DNA of 63,437 bases, filler included, from Licmophora abbreviata (taxonomy: Eukaryota): the NCBI GenBank assembly GCA_900291995.1. It is 14 parts of 14 records of this genome, joined end to end, with 100 filler letters (N's around TTAATTAATTAA, not from the genome) between each part and the next. Parts side by side here need not be neighbours in the genome. Positions count along the whole stretch, not along the records: positions 6,329 to 13,472 come from OLMU01001708.1; positions 13,573 to 14,667 come from OLMU01001709.1; positions 14,768 to 19,565 come from OLMU01001710.1; positions 19,666 to 20,856 come from OLMU01001711.1; positions 20,957 to 38,975 come from OLMU01001712.1; 9 more parts are not named here. One strand, written 5' to 3'. The position numbers and the translations under genes were made by a program. This document shows positions 12,301-22,698 of the stretch, in pieces (the first letter of the stretch is position 1; each line of letters begins with the position of its first letter). Under the pieces are notes generated by a model. It saw nothing but the letters and a program-made list of their open reading frames with translations, searched no databases and was not told the DNA's origin.

Positions 12301-12340
12301 GATGTGATGATGTGATGTGATGATGTGATGTGATGTGATG
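12301..12340. repeat. Imperfect (GATGT/GAT)n microsatellite in a 141-bp divergent promoter
   Basis: gatgtgatgatgtgatgtgatgatgtgatgtgatgtgatg read directly between the ATGs at 12295 (-) and 12437 (+). Confidence 0.85.
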
Positions 12341-12436
12341 GATGGGTTTAGTGTCGTCAGTCAGTCGTCGCGCGAACTTATCATCTCGCAGGATGGGCAA
12401 GTGACCATGACGGCGGTGCATTTACAGCCCTTTGCA

Positions 12437-14491
12437 ATGATGCTGTTGCGTTTCGCAAGCGTCTTGCTTCCTCCACTGCTGGTGATACACGCACAGGACC
12501 TGCAACATCACTCAGCCTCTACAATCCGACCTCACAACTACCTCGATTCCTTTCCTTCCAACGACGACTATGACCACACCATTCTCGATGTCTCCGCTGC
12601 GTATGGCTCGCCGTATGGTGGGTTTTCGCGTCACACTCAAAGCCGATTGGCAAAATTACCATTGTATTTACCGGAAGAGATCCAGAACGGCTCTCCTGAT
12701 GAAAACGACGACTCGCCATTGTCCTACGTAATGCGCGATGCCCAAGGGCGGCTCTTTGCGTGCAAAACTTACAGTGAAGACGAGCTTGACCCAGAAAGCT
12801 TGACTGAATCCATGTTTACGGCACCGAGATTTCGAGAAGAACCGCACGAGCAAGAATTTAAAGCGGTGGGCGACACGAACGGTGATAGTGTTTCCGTATC
12901 GAGCCATGACTCGTCGCAAGGTACAGCCGCGCCAAAGACGGATGTCGAGGCAGGAGAATGCAGACCGGACGACCCCTCGTGTACCGCTGACGCGGAGGAT
13001 GCAACGCTAAATGCAGGTAGTACGTCTGGTTCTGAGTCGTCCACCAAGGGTGTTCCCGACTCTGCTGCACCGCCTGGACAAGCCTCTCTTGAAAACACTG
13101 CCGGAAAGACTATTCGCGAACCGAACCCGCTTCATCAGATTCAATTCGGCGCATTTCCTCAAGCCTCCGATGCGAGCCGTGTCCTCAGTAGCAATGTCGA
13201 TCCATCCGAGGAAGCGGTGCGTATCGTGGAGGCGTTCTCCGCACTGACCAAGTTGAAGGGTGTCTGCGCACAGATTCACTTAGGCTGGTGGTCGTATGAG
13301 TGGTGTCATGAAGATCGAGTCACGCAGTTTCATATTGCGATACAACCGGGTGGACGGGACGAGCCACTATTACAGCGAATTGAATTGCAGGATATTACGA
13401 GCTTGGGAAGTCAGTTCACAATGTCTTTGGATTCCGAACCCACTGACGACGTGATAATGAAAGGTCGCAGAANNNNNNNNNNNNNNNNNNNNNNNNNNNN
13501 NNNNNNNNNNNNNNNNTTAATTAATTAANNNNNNNNNNNNNNNNNNNNNNNNNNNNNNNNNNNNNNNNNNNNGTTCTCGTAGCGAAATGAATAGGTTCAA
13601 AAGCGGTGCATTAGTACAGGGAGAGCAATCGCAGGCCCAGATTGCGGCCTTTGTCGTGCTCAATGAAGATCCTGCACATGTTTGCAATTACGAAGCCATT
13701 ATTTGTACATCCGTCCTGTGTCGAGGCGATGCGGGGGCAGATACTCGCGATCCTTCCACAATGAGAAATGCTGGTCAGAAAGGCATGGTGGTCCGAAAGA
13801 AGCCACGAAAGGAGAATGAGAGCATTCGGGAAACACTAGAACGCACATTGGCGAGTTCTTGCCTTCAGCATTCCGACGGCGGGTGGTAAGCAAGCCTGCA
13901 AAGTGGACGAATGTGCCCCTTTTCACTTTCTTGGCTCACATCTTACAATTCCTCCCTCTTTCCAGGTGGATTTACGAGATTTGTCACGGAAAGCACGTGC
14001 GGCAGTTTCACGAATCAAACGTAGTTGATCGTGTTACCGGTATGCAGTCGCGCTCCATTGAGACGCAACACCTCTTAGGGCTCTACTCCTCGGACGAGCT
14101 AGAGGGATTTCCGAATGCAGACGAAATCAAGTTTGTTGTGAATGCGACGGACGATCATGGTGTGTCTGACAAGAGAGCGTCAGACCAAAGAGGCAGCGGA
14201 GCATACTTTGCGCAGGAATATAGGCGAGGGGAGGTTTGCGACCACACCGACGTGACAGACGCAGCCATTAAAGCTGGGGAGCTCGGCCAAGGAGGGGTTG
14301 AACGGTCAACCACGGTGCGCTGGTTTTGCGGCAAGCGCCTCGAACTCGTCCAAGCAAGCGAGGACAGCACATGCCACTACGTGATTGACGTGGTCCTTCC
14401 GGACTTGTGCGAGAATCCATTTTTCAAGGCACCGGTGTCCAAGAAGAAGGTCGTCAAGTGCCTTCCTACTGAGCAGTCTGACATAAGATAG
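12437..14491 (+). CDS. OS-9/ERLEC1 (XTP3-B)-like ER lectin with two MRH (PRKCSH) domains; spans a gap, intron 13886-13965
   Basis: Signal peptide. MRH1 CAQIHLGWWSYEWCHEDRVTQFH; MRH2 (spliced) CLQHSDGGWWIYEICHGKHVRQFHE...QEYRRGEVCD...RSTTVRWFC...EDSTCHYVIDV. Confidence 0.85.
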
Positions 14492-14767
14492 CTGAGGATA
14501 GGATGCTTGTTTAGACACCTTTTTGTCTACCTAGGATTGTTTACCATGAGAGCTGCCCGAGTATTGATTACAATTGCGGTTAAATTTTGAAGACTGATCG
14601 ATTCATATTTTTGGATATGTATTGTAGGCGCTCAAGAGTTGACAATGTCTTGAGAAGTTTCAACATGNNNNNNNNNNNNNNNNNNNNNNNNNNNNNNNNN
14701 NNNNNNNNNNNTTAATTAATTAANNNNNNNNNNNNNNNNNNNNNNNNNNNNNNNNNNNNNNNNNNNN

Positions 14768-15762
14768 AAATGGCGGCGAAGCTGAGGAGTTGCCGACGTT
14801 GGCGTTCGATGGAAATCTCGTTCCATTCGTCTTCGTTTGTCGACCGCCATGAGAGCAGAGCGCATGCCATATTCGACTGCCACGATTCGTTGTTCGCTTG
14901 TGTGAGCTGTACATCCCCAGCGACGTGCGATGGTAGCAATGGTCTAAAGAATGGGCCCGTTAGGTCAATCCCTTCCGTCGTGCTGTCAAATTCGTCAGTC
15001 ACAGTATCGTCGCGACTTCCATCAGAAATATCTTGTATGCCCGCATATCCACGTCTTCCGAGCATGCATTCACAGATCTGTTTCTCAAGTTCTAATACAT
15101 TCGCGTCCTCCTTGGAATCAAAATTCACTATGAAATCGTCAACATGCTCAGCCTCTACCAATATGAATTGGAGCGCCTCTTCCCTTGTACCCTCCTCCTC
15201 CATATCCATTGTGAAGTACATTTATGACCCGAAAGCGCCCGACTGCAACGCCACGGAGCTTGATTCTTCGACGTGTCCCACTCGGCTCATTTCTTAGCAC
15301 AGGAACTATACTGTCCTCATTCTGCAAGACTTGGCACACGACCCCGACATCTCCCTCATCGATCATGGGGACGATCGGTCCTTGGGCACTCTTGACGATC
15401 TGAGGCTTATGCGAACAGTACAGCGCCCCAAACAGCCCATCATGATTCAGCACGTACTCCGCAAGCTCCATGTATCTTTCTTCATACAGATTCAGAGTGA
15501 TTGGTTCCGAAGGAAGCTTGACTGACTTGCGCAGTGGAAACACCGGCAGTACAAAGGAGCCATCATCGTTGGCTGCACACAGTGCTGATGTCTGAATTCG
15601 AGAACAGCGGTCAGAGGACGATCTTGAACTTCCTCTAAAGGCTATTCTTTTCAATGCTCCTCTGTAGGGATCTCTTTGCTGCCCAGGATAACTAGGAAAA
15701 CCTCCTGAGCGCCCAGATAATAGCAAGATCGATACAAAAGTTGTCCAACCCACCAGCATCAT
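14768..15762 (-). CDS. Stand-alone Lon protease N-terminal (substrate-binding) domain protein, organelle-targeted; frameshift near 15190, 3' end lost in gap
   Basis: Signal peptide MMLVGWTTFVSILLLSGRSGG-F. Lon-N motifs LPVFPL..VKLPSEPITLNLYEERY and GVAVGRFRV. Continues in a shifted frame as ALQFILVEAEHVDD...ERQRRQLLSFAA. Confidence 0.72.
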
Positions 15763-15966
15763 CGTCGCCGAGCCGTCGTGGCGCGGGATGTGACGAGATT
15801 TCGCGCCGAGGAGGACGAGAGAGAATCGGAATCGCCGACGGGCGCCGCACACGACCCACGCGCGATTATCGTCGACTAAGGAGAGATAAGATTAGTGAAG
15901 AGTGTTGGTCGCCGTACGTGTGATGTGGACTGTCTCTGTGTTGGAACATGCACTTGCCAAGAATAG

Positions 15967-17250
15967 TTAATCATTAGCCGTCTCTTGGTTCATATCGCTT
16001 AGTTCAGCTATCGTCAACCAGTTTCCTGTCTTTCGGTGATGGTTGACTACAGAGTGTTCGGTTTCGGTCAACCAAAGGTCCGACCAATTCAAGCCGATAT
16101 GGTCCATCTGATAGCTAGTGCTTCGGCAAAACTCGGCGTCCCATTGCGCATGAATCTTACTAGTCAGCATTGGCGCACGAAAGAACGACGGATGTGTCGT
16201 CACATGAATGCACTGTCTCCCAAGCGACGCCATGACTTGCCTGGGCATGACCTTGTCGACCGGCTTGACCATGTAGCATCTATTTCGTTTCCCTTTCCAT
16301 AGCAATGCCCCCACATCCTTTTGCAGTGAATCAAGAAGACACTCATATCCCTCTGGAGAGATCCAGTAGGCGTACGCACCCCATATTGGAGTGCCACCTG
16401 GCTTCCGGTGCGCCGAGGCTGGGCCTGCGATTGGTACATCGTTAGCCATGTCATTCTCGGGGAGGTCCACGACGTTGTCGCCGTCCCCTGGCATCAATTC
16501 GAAGTCCTGTGACACTGGGAATGGGAAAATAGAAGCACAAGACTCGTCACTTCTTGCAAACCGCAATCTTTTCGAATGGGTTTCAAGTACCCACTTGACA
16601 TTTGGTATCGACCCCAACCATCCGTAGTACCGCAAATGACATTCTTCGCCGCCGTCTTCCTTCAGCTTTTCTCGACTGGCTTGAATGGATTCCCAGATGC
16701 GCCGTGCACAGTCCATAGGAGGGGCACGAACATTGTCTTCTAAAATGAAATCAAGTCCCTCTTCGACACATCGTTTCATAGCCAGCAAGTGCGCCAACGT
16801 ACACGCTAGCACAGATCTCCCGCGATTCACACCTTTTGCCTTTTGCCAAATTTCTACCGAATAGTGCAGCTTGACATCACATTCGTTCCCTCGTCGACCC
16901 GGAGTGACAGGCACATCCTTCAGACAGTCAAAGAATCGCTCCGGATTTCGTTTATACTCTGGTTTATCCTGGGCTGCTTCGACAGCCTTCCACTCGTCGT
17001 CGGGTATCAGCCCAGCTTGATGAGCTATTCGCAGAAAGCCGACCCGTGATCTCAGGCTTCGAGACGGGACACCAGGACTGAACACGGGTTGTTCAAAGTG
17101 ATCAGCCAGGCTTGGATGCGAGAAAAGGGCCAGTATATGCTCTTTGCGTTCTCCGCCCATGCTGATGACGAGAGGACGTAGCTTGCGGCGCCGCCCATCA
17201 GCATCATCAGCGTTGCCGATGGCGACAGCACCATCATCCTGTAGACCCAT
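15967..17250 (-). CDS. Glycosyltransferase family 25-like protein
   Basis: SVLACTLAHLLAMKRCVEEGLDFILEDNV resembles the GT25 GC.LSH...ILEDD motif. GAYAYWISPEGYECLL and KPVDKVM match GT25 C-terminal motifs. First in-frame ATG is at 17250; the ORF is open to 17325. Confidence 0.65.
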   Translation of the reverse strand: MGLQDDGAVAIGNADDADGRRRKLRPLVISMGGERKEHILALFSHPSLADHFEQPVFSPGVPSRSLRSRVGFLRIAHQAGLIPDDEWKAVEAAQDKPEYKRNPERFFDCLKDVPVTPGRRGNECDVKLHYSVEIWQKAKGVNRGRSVLACTLAHLLAMKRCVEEGLDFILEDNVRAPPMDCARRIWESIQASREKLKEDGGEECHLRYYGWLGSIPNVKWVLETHSKRLRFARSDESCASIFPFPVSQDFELMPGDGDNVVDLPENDMANDVPIAGPASAHRKPGGTPIWGAYAYWISPEGYECLLDSLQKDVGALLWKGKRNRCYMVKPVDKVMPRQVMASLGRQCIHVTTHPSFFRAPMLTSKIHAQWDAEFCRSTSYQMDHIGLNWSDLWLTETEHSVVNHHRKTGNWLTIAELSDMNQETAND

Positions 17251-17636
17251 ACTCAAAATCACTTTCTTGGCTAATTCGTTCGGATTTTCTCTCGCTTCAT
17301 AAATGGTCGATCGGGCCACCAACAAATTGGAGAAGTGAGATCAGCTTTGCCGTTCCGATGCACGCCGTGTGGCCGGAACATGGAACGTGCCATCACTCTT
17401 TTAGGAGTGTCGTGAGAGCTTCGCGCTTCGCGAACCTCCAATGAAGCGCGTGACGCTCGCTCGTCGTATGGCCACCCATTTTTTCTGTTCCAACACATTC
17501 GCGCATTCAACACATAGGGTCTACATGGGCCCATTCATCACGACGCACCACACACAGCATGCTAAGATCGCGACGGTGCTGTTGCCAATGGTGAAAAAGA
17601 GACCCACCAGGCGCTTCCCCGGGAAGAAGAACGTCC

Positions 17637-18368
17637 ATGGAAAAGAAAAAAGCAGCGAAATCTGGGCTCACTTCGTCTTCCGATGATTGGATTTCGGCTC
17701 TCGCCAAGTCGTCGGCAGCCAGCGACGCGGTGGTCAGCAGTGTTCCTTTTGCCAAGTCATCGAAAGCGGAGCGAATAGAAAAGCGAGCTGCCAAGAAGCG
17801 GAGACGAGAGGAACGCAAGCAACGACCAGGAGTTGCTACCGTGCGGAATGAAGAATTCAAGGAGGACGAACGAGATTCATCAATGCGACCAATGTCGAGG
17901 CGTAGAAAACAACATCGAAGGAGCCGGGATTGCCTGAACAAACTTTCCAGCGTGCTTTATGAATGTACTTCCGCTTCGGACAGAGAATCTGGGGCTTACC
18001 AAGTACCGTACAGGCCATCTGAGTCCGCCAAAAAAGGAAAAGCCACGTCTGGGAATCAGTTAGATGAAGATAGAGTCCAACCTCGACCCCGAGATTACGG
18101 TGGCCTCGGCCTTGCAAGACCCAGCCTGTTGATAAGTCTTCGCGATCCATCTTTTGTCCCAAGGTTAGAAGAAGAGTTCGCAGAGCACATTCCCGGGTTT
18201 TTTGGAAAGCAACGGACGAAAGCGATGAAACGGCAGATCGACGGAAATATGCTTTGGCGTCGGCTTGCCGAGAAGCGAACAGGAAATCAAAAGTTGGGAG
18301 GAAAACAGCTATCAGACATGTCACCGGATGACCGAGTGGAGGCCATGATTGAGGCGGGGATGATATAG
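17637..18368 (+). CDS. Hypothetical basic (likely nuclear/nucleolar) protein
   Basis: 243-aa ORF, K/R-rich NLS-like tracts, ordered-looking C-terminus (DYGGLGLARPSL, EEFAEHIPGFFGKQRTKAMK). May start at ATG 17588 via an indel in the A-run. Confidence 0.65.
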   Translation: MEKKKAAKSGLTSSSDDWISALAKSSAASDAVVSSVPFAKSSKAERIEKRAAKKRRREERKQRPGVATVRNEEFKEDERDSSMRPMSRRRKQHRRSRDCLNKLSSVLYECTSASDRESGAYQVPYRPSESAKKGKATSGNQLDEDRVQPRPRDYGGLGLARPSLLISLRDPSFVPRLEEEFAEHIPGFFGKQRTKAMKRQIDGNMLWRRLAEKRTGNQKLGGKQLSDMSPDDRVEAMIEAGMI

Positions 18369-18615
18369 CATCCTGTTGCTGAAGTAGAGGCTGACCTGCT
18401 CTAGCTAGAGTTCGATTCTACAATGATACAGTACTGTAACTCAAATTGCAATCTCTACCAGCACGGTCGACTTTAGCTTATCCCCTCTCTATTTAAATTG
18501 CGACTTTCGCCCCCTCTATCCGCTAGCTGCTGTCGCAGATGAACAGACGCGGTCATGTTTTTTGCCGAGACCTCGCGCTGATCATATGCAAGGAGGTCTA
18601 CAACTGGAATGGGAT

Positions 18616-19017
18616 TCACTGCGGCTTGACGGGCCACACCAAGAAACGCCCCCGTTTCTGCCAGATTTGGCCATCCATCCCCAGAAAAGATTGTCGCGGT
18701 GCGCTTCCTGAGGTAGCTCCCCGAGTCGTCGTTTCGCCCTTGTCTTCCTCTGTTGCCCGTTTGTTGGCATCAGTAGTATTTGTTCCGTCTTCTTCGTCCA
18801 CGCAACAAATCGAACTTAGCTGTTCGCATACAACCTCTGGCTCGACACACCAAGGCTCATCTGGATCGTCTTCACGAGTGATTATGCTCTCCGACGCAGG
18901 GGGCATGCCAAGTTGCTCTCGCGACGAATTCAGAGTCGTGGGAGGTCGTATTTTGAGCTCGGAGGGAGGGGCCGCCAATGGACTTTGTTGCGAAGCTGGG
19001 ACCGTTTCATGATTCAT
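18616..19017 (-). CDS. Small hypothetical protein
   Basis: 133-aa ATG ORF filling an otherwise gene-free space. Low-complexity, with a C-terminal WQKRGRFLVWP segment. No family recognised. Confidence 0.4.
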   Translation of the reverse strand: MNHETVPASQQSPLAAPPSELKIRPPTTLNSSREQLGMPPASESIITREDDPDEPWCVEPEVVCEQLSSICCVDEEDGTNTTDANKRATEEDKGETTTRGATSGSAPRQSFLGMDGQIWQKRGRFLVWPVKPQ

Positions 19018-19432
19018 GATATACTCCAGCCAAGTGTAGATCTACTGATAGCTAGCGTTGCGGTAGTCTATACAAAAGAAGCAGTAGCGCTGTCGATCAC
19101 GAAGAGGCAATGTCGTGACGACGGCAACACGTTGAACAAGGAACAGATGTGTGCTTGTTCGCAAAATCGAAACTTTTTTGCAAGGCTCGGAGTTGAACAA
19201 GATCCAATGCCAAAAGCCTACCGTCATGAAGATATGTAATTTTTCGGGATTCTGTTAAGCGAAGTCCAGTCATAAATCAGTTGGGCCCAACAGAATATCT
19301 TCGTCGCTTAAGCAATTTCTTAATTTCTTGGCTTCCTTGCACCACGTGTTGTTTGTGTGTTGTCATGAAGGACACCTTGTGCAACCATTTCCTTTGTCAA
19401 AGCTTGCATTAAATACACCTTCCAAGCCGAGC

Positions 19433-20205
19433 ATGCGACAGACAATATCCTCGAGATTTGTTCAAAGAGCTTCACGGCAGAAGCCGAGTCTTCTTCTCGT
19501 TCTTTCGGTGGCGGCTGTCGTTGGTGGCGGTGCACACGCACTCGTCACTACTAGTATTTCAGCTCNNNNNNNNNNNNNNNNNNNNNNNNNNNNNNNNNNN
19601 NNNNNNNNNTTAATTAATTAANNNNNNNNNNNNNNNNNNNNNNNNNNNNNNNNNNNNNNNNNNNNAGGAACATTCAGCAAACGACGATGTGCTTCACTAG
19701 GAAGGGAGCAGAAGAGGTGGAGCCAGTGGAAGACGTAGCGTCGTCTGGCGAACCCACGAATCACGCGCAGACTTGGAATACTCTCCGACTGGCTGTATTA
19801 AAACTCGGACTTACGGAACCAGCATGGACGTCGCCGTGGAACTATCAGAAGAAGCAAGGATCGTTCAAGTGTGCATTCTGTGGAGCGCAGCTGTTTGAAT
19901 CGAATGCGAAATACGACTCTGGGAGTGGGTGGCCTTCGTTTTGGAGAACGAGTGCCGACGGGTCAGTGGAACTCAAACGCGAGTTTGACGGTCGAGTGGA
20001 GTGTCGATGTCAGAAGTGCAGTAGCCATTTGGGTCATGTTTTCATGGACGGTCCGGCTCTGGGGGATGTGTCACAAGAACTTCTGCAGAGTGCTCCGGCG
20101 ACGGACCCTCGCAGTACGAGTGGCACCCGCCTTCCTCGATACTGCGTCAATGGTGCAGCATTGATGTTTGACGAAACCCAATCGAACGACGTGCAAAAGG
20201 GGTGA
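19433..20205 (+). CDS. msrB: Peptide methionine-(R)-sulfoxide reductase MsrB, zinc-type, with signal peptide (probably plastid); spans a gap
   Basis: TEPAWTS, CAFCGAQLF..KYDSGSGWPSF, RVECRCQKCSSHLGHVFMDGP, RYCVNGAAL. N-terminal LLLVLSVAAVVGGGAHA-L lies before the gap. Confidence 0.92.
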
Positions 20206-20221
20206 CTCTAGCTATCTGCAA

Positions 20222-21265
20222 TCAATCAAAGATACCTGCTTGGGATCGAATAAGCTCCTTTTGTGCCTCTGTCATGCTTCCCTTGACAATTTTCCCACTG
20301 GCCCTCTTGGCTGCCTCCATTTGGGCTCGATCGTCGTCGTACACATCTTCTCCAATTCCAAGCTTCGGATTTGATAGGAACTCGTTCTGTGCATCAGCAC
20401 TCTTGTACACGCAACTTAGCTGCGGCATATCCCCCAATTCGCCGACGAAGGCCCACGTATTCATGTTCTGTTTGCAAGCACGAACTTCGTTGTCGTCAAT
20501 CAACTTTCGATCCTTCAACACCGATACCACATTCGATTGTCGCAATACACAGGCCGGCTTGACATCTGCCTGAGCGACGTACACATTGAACGGATTGAAG
20601 GATACAAACACCCTTTGATCAAAGGCCATGGCGGAAGCACCGTATGTGCCACAGAGATTCGGATTGGGCGCCGCCTGGTCGACGGCATCTCGTGACGCCA
20701 AGTCGCGCGGATTTGTATTGATGGCCGAATCGACAGTGACGCCCAAACCTACTCCCAGAATAAAGACACCTGCTAGCAACGCCTTTGAAACGGCATCTGG
20801 CAGGCGCCATCCGGACCTTCGTCCAAATGAAGAAGGAACATAAAAACCGCTATCCTNNNNNNNNNNNNNNNNNNNNNNNNNNNNNNNNNNNNNNNNNNNN
20901 TTAATTAATTAANNNNNNNNNNNNNNNNNNNNNNNNNNNNNNNNNNNNNNNNNNNNATAAAAACCGCTATCCTGACGACCCGCATCGACTTCTCCGAGAT
21001 TGTCAATCGGTGTGTTTCTTCTTGATCGTCGTCGATCATCTTCGTAGAGGAAGTCATCCTCGTCTTCATCGAAAAAGTCAAAGTCATCGTCGTCATTGTA
21101 GCGATTCTTTCGTGCCACGAGAGACGACGCTCGAGATTGTACATATCCCGATGCTCTGTTCATGGGCGTCGCCGTTGGCCTGACAGCTGGAACCACCAGA
21201 GCCTCGCTGATACTCGTAAGCAAAATGAGGGGCGCTGCCCTTCTCAACCATACGCATCGACACAT
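20222..21265 (-). CDS. Cyanobacterial-type DUF3172 family protein, plastid-targeted; continuous across a false gap
   Basis: LAGVFILGVGLG...ASRDAVDQAAPNPNLC..YGASA...RVFVSFNPFNVYV...CVLR..N...CKQNMNT matches DUF3172 as recalled. Signal peptide ends ISEA-L. Both gap flanks share ATAAAAACCGCTATCCT. Confidence 0.8.
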
Positions 21266-21638
21266 CGTTATGATTCTACTGCTCTATGATTCATAAACGA
21301 GACTAAAGGCTCACTAGAAGCAGACTATCAACCACCGACGATGATTGATTCATCATGACATCCGAGATTATGTTGCGATGAGGTGTGAGTGATATGACGG
21401 GTGGCTATGATAATATTTAGGCGGACGGAGCAAGACGTGATCTAGTCGAGGGAGTCTATTTGAGTCGATTGAGTCGTTTTCTCCGAGTCGAATCAATCGA
21501 CTGACTCAATTCAGTCCCAGATTGAAGATCTCCGATTTCGAATCTTTCTGTCATCGATAGACACCTGCATCTTTCTTATTGCCATTGACCCTCGCCTGTA
21601 TTGCATTGCACTTCGTGTCAACACTCTCGCGGTTAACT

Positions 21639-22520
21639 ATGCCTCTCAACAAGCTCTCATTCATCCTTGCTCTCTTCGCGCTTGTCGTTTCGGACGGCGT
21701 CCACGCAGGCGTGACATCTAACAAGGCGTTCGCCCCAAAGAGCAAGCTCAACGTGGATACGAATACTCACGCATTGCTCAAGATCCGTGGAGGATCCGGA
21801 TCTCTAGACCCCATGATGGTTGCCAAAGCGGTCAATGGTCTTGGATTTGCACAGGGAATGGTGTCAGCGCTAGCTCCAGAGAAGTCCCTTGAAGGGTATG
21901 GATTGCCCGACTCACCGATCCTCCGTTGGATGTTTCGCTTCTTGGGCGTGGGTGCCGTATCACAGGCAGTAACTTTCTACTGCCTCCTGGTCAAACAAAT
22001 GTCCTTACCTGACGCATTCGCCTTGGGTCTCATCCCAGGGATCGTTGAGAACCTTCGCAACGTTCTCACTGGCGATCACGTCAAGGTTGGATTCTCGAGG
22101 GAGGGCCAGCTCATGGCACTCCTACTAAACAGTGCGGTTGCTTTGGGGTCTACACAAGACTGGGGCCCCACTGCTATGAAGGCCCTCTCCACGCTCTGGG
22201 CGACCAACGGCATCATAATGATCTTGAGGCCTCAGACCGCGTGCAAATTGTGGGGCCAGGAGAGTGACGTGGGTGAGGCAATGGCCATTTGCGTCAAGAG
22301 CTTTGGCTTCTATTTGCTTGCAAGCTACGGGTCCATGCTTTTGATGCTCTTCAAGGACACAGCTCCTCTTACTGCATACGGCTATGCAATGGTGATTTAT
22401 TTGATTGATTGTGTGTCAAGTTTGGCGATGGGCGAGTCCGACAAGCTTGGTACTCCAAAGGGGCCTATGATCCTTTGGTCGTTCCTTGGTGCCGTAGCTG
22501 CGGGGACCATCTTGCTCTAG
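21639..22520 (+). CDS. Hypothetical multi-pass membrane protein with signal peptide and internal two-fold repeat
   Basis: Signal peptide MPLNKLSFILALFALVVSDGVHA, an LKIRGG motif, and about 8 TM segments arranged in two similar halves. Confidence 0.7.
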   Translation: MPLNKLSFILALFALVVSDGVHAGVTSNKAFAPKSKLNVDTNTHALLKIRGGSGSLDPMMVAKAVNGLGFAQGMVSALAPEKSLEGYGLPDSPILRWMFRFLGVGAVSQAVTFYCLLVKQMSLPDAFALGLIPGIVENLRNVLTGDHVKVGFSREGQLMALLLNSAVALGSTQDWGPTAMKALSTLWATNGIIMILRPQTACKLWGQESDVGEAMAICVKSFGFYLLASYGSMLLMLFKDTAPLTAYGYAMVIYLIDCVSSLAMGESDKLGTPKGPMILWSFLGAVAAGTILL

Positions 22521-22698
22521 ATGACATGGAAAAATTCGCCATTCGCTTCGCTTCCACGTTGGGTGAAATGGCACTTTAGTTCGATACGCGCCGAAGATCT
22601 CCCCTGTCTACACTACCAGCAAGAATCGTCAATCATTTTAGATAAGACACACTGGCACCCAAACCATAGGTATCAGTTTTTTTGGACGAGTTCTCTTA

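Noticed and set aside
12296..12421. His-rich N-terminal extension (HHITSHHHITSSHH) of the DMT ORF as a metal-binding tag
   Set aside because: It is the translation of the promoter microsatellite from a non-ATG start and overlaps the neighbouring gene's 5' region.
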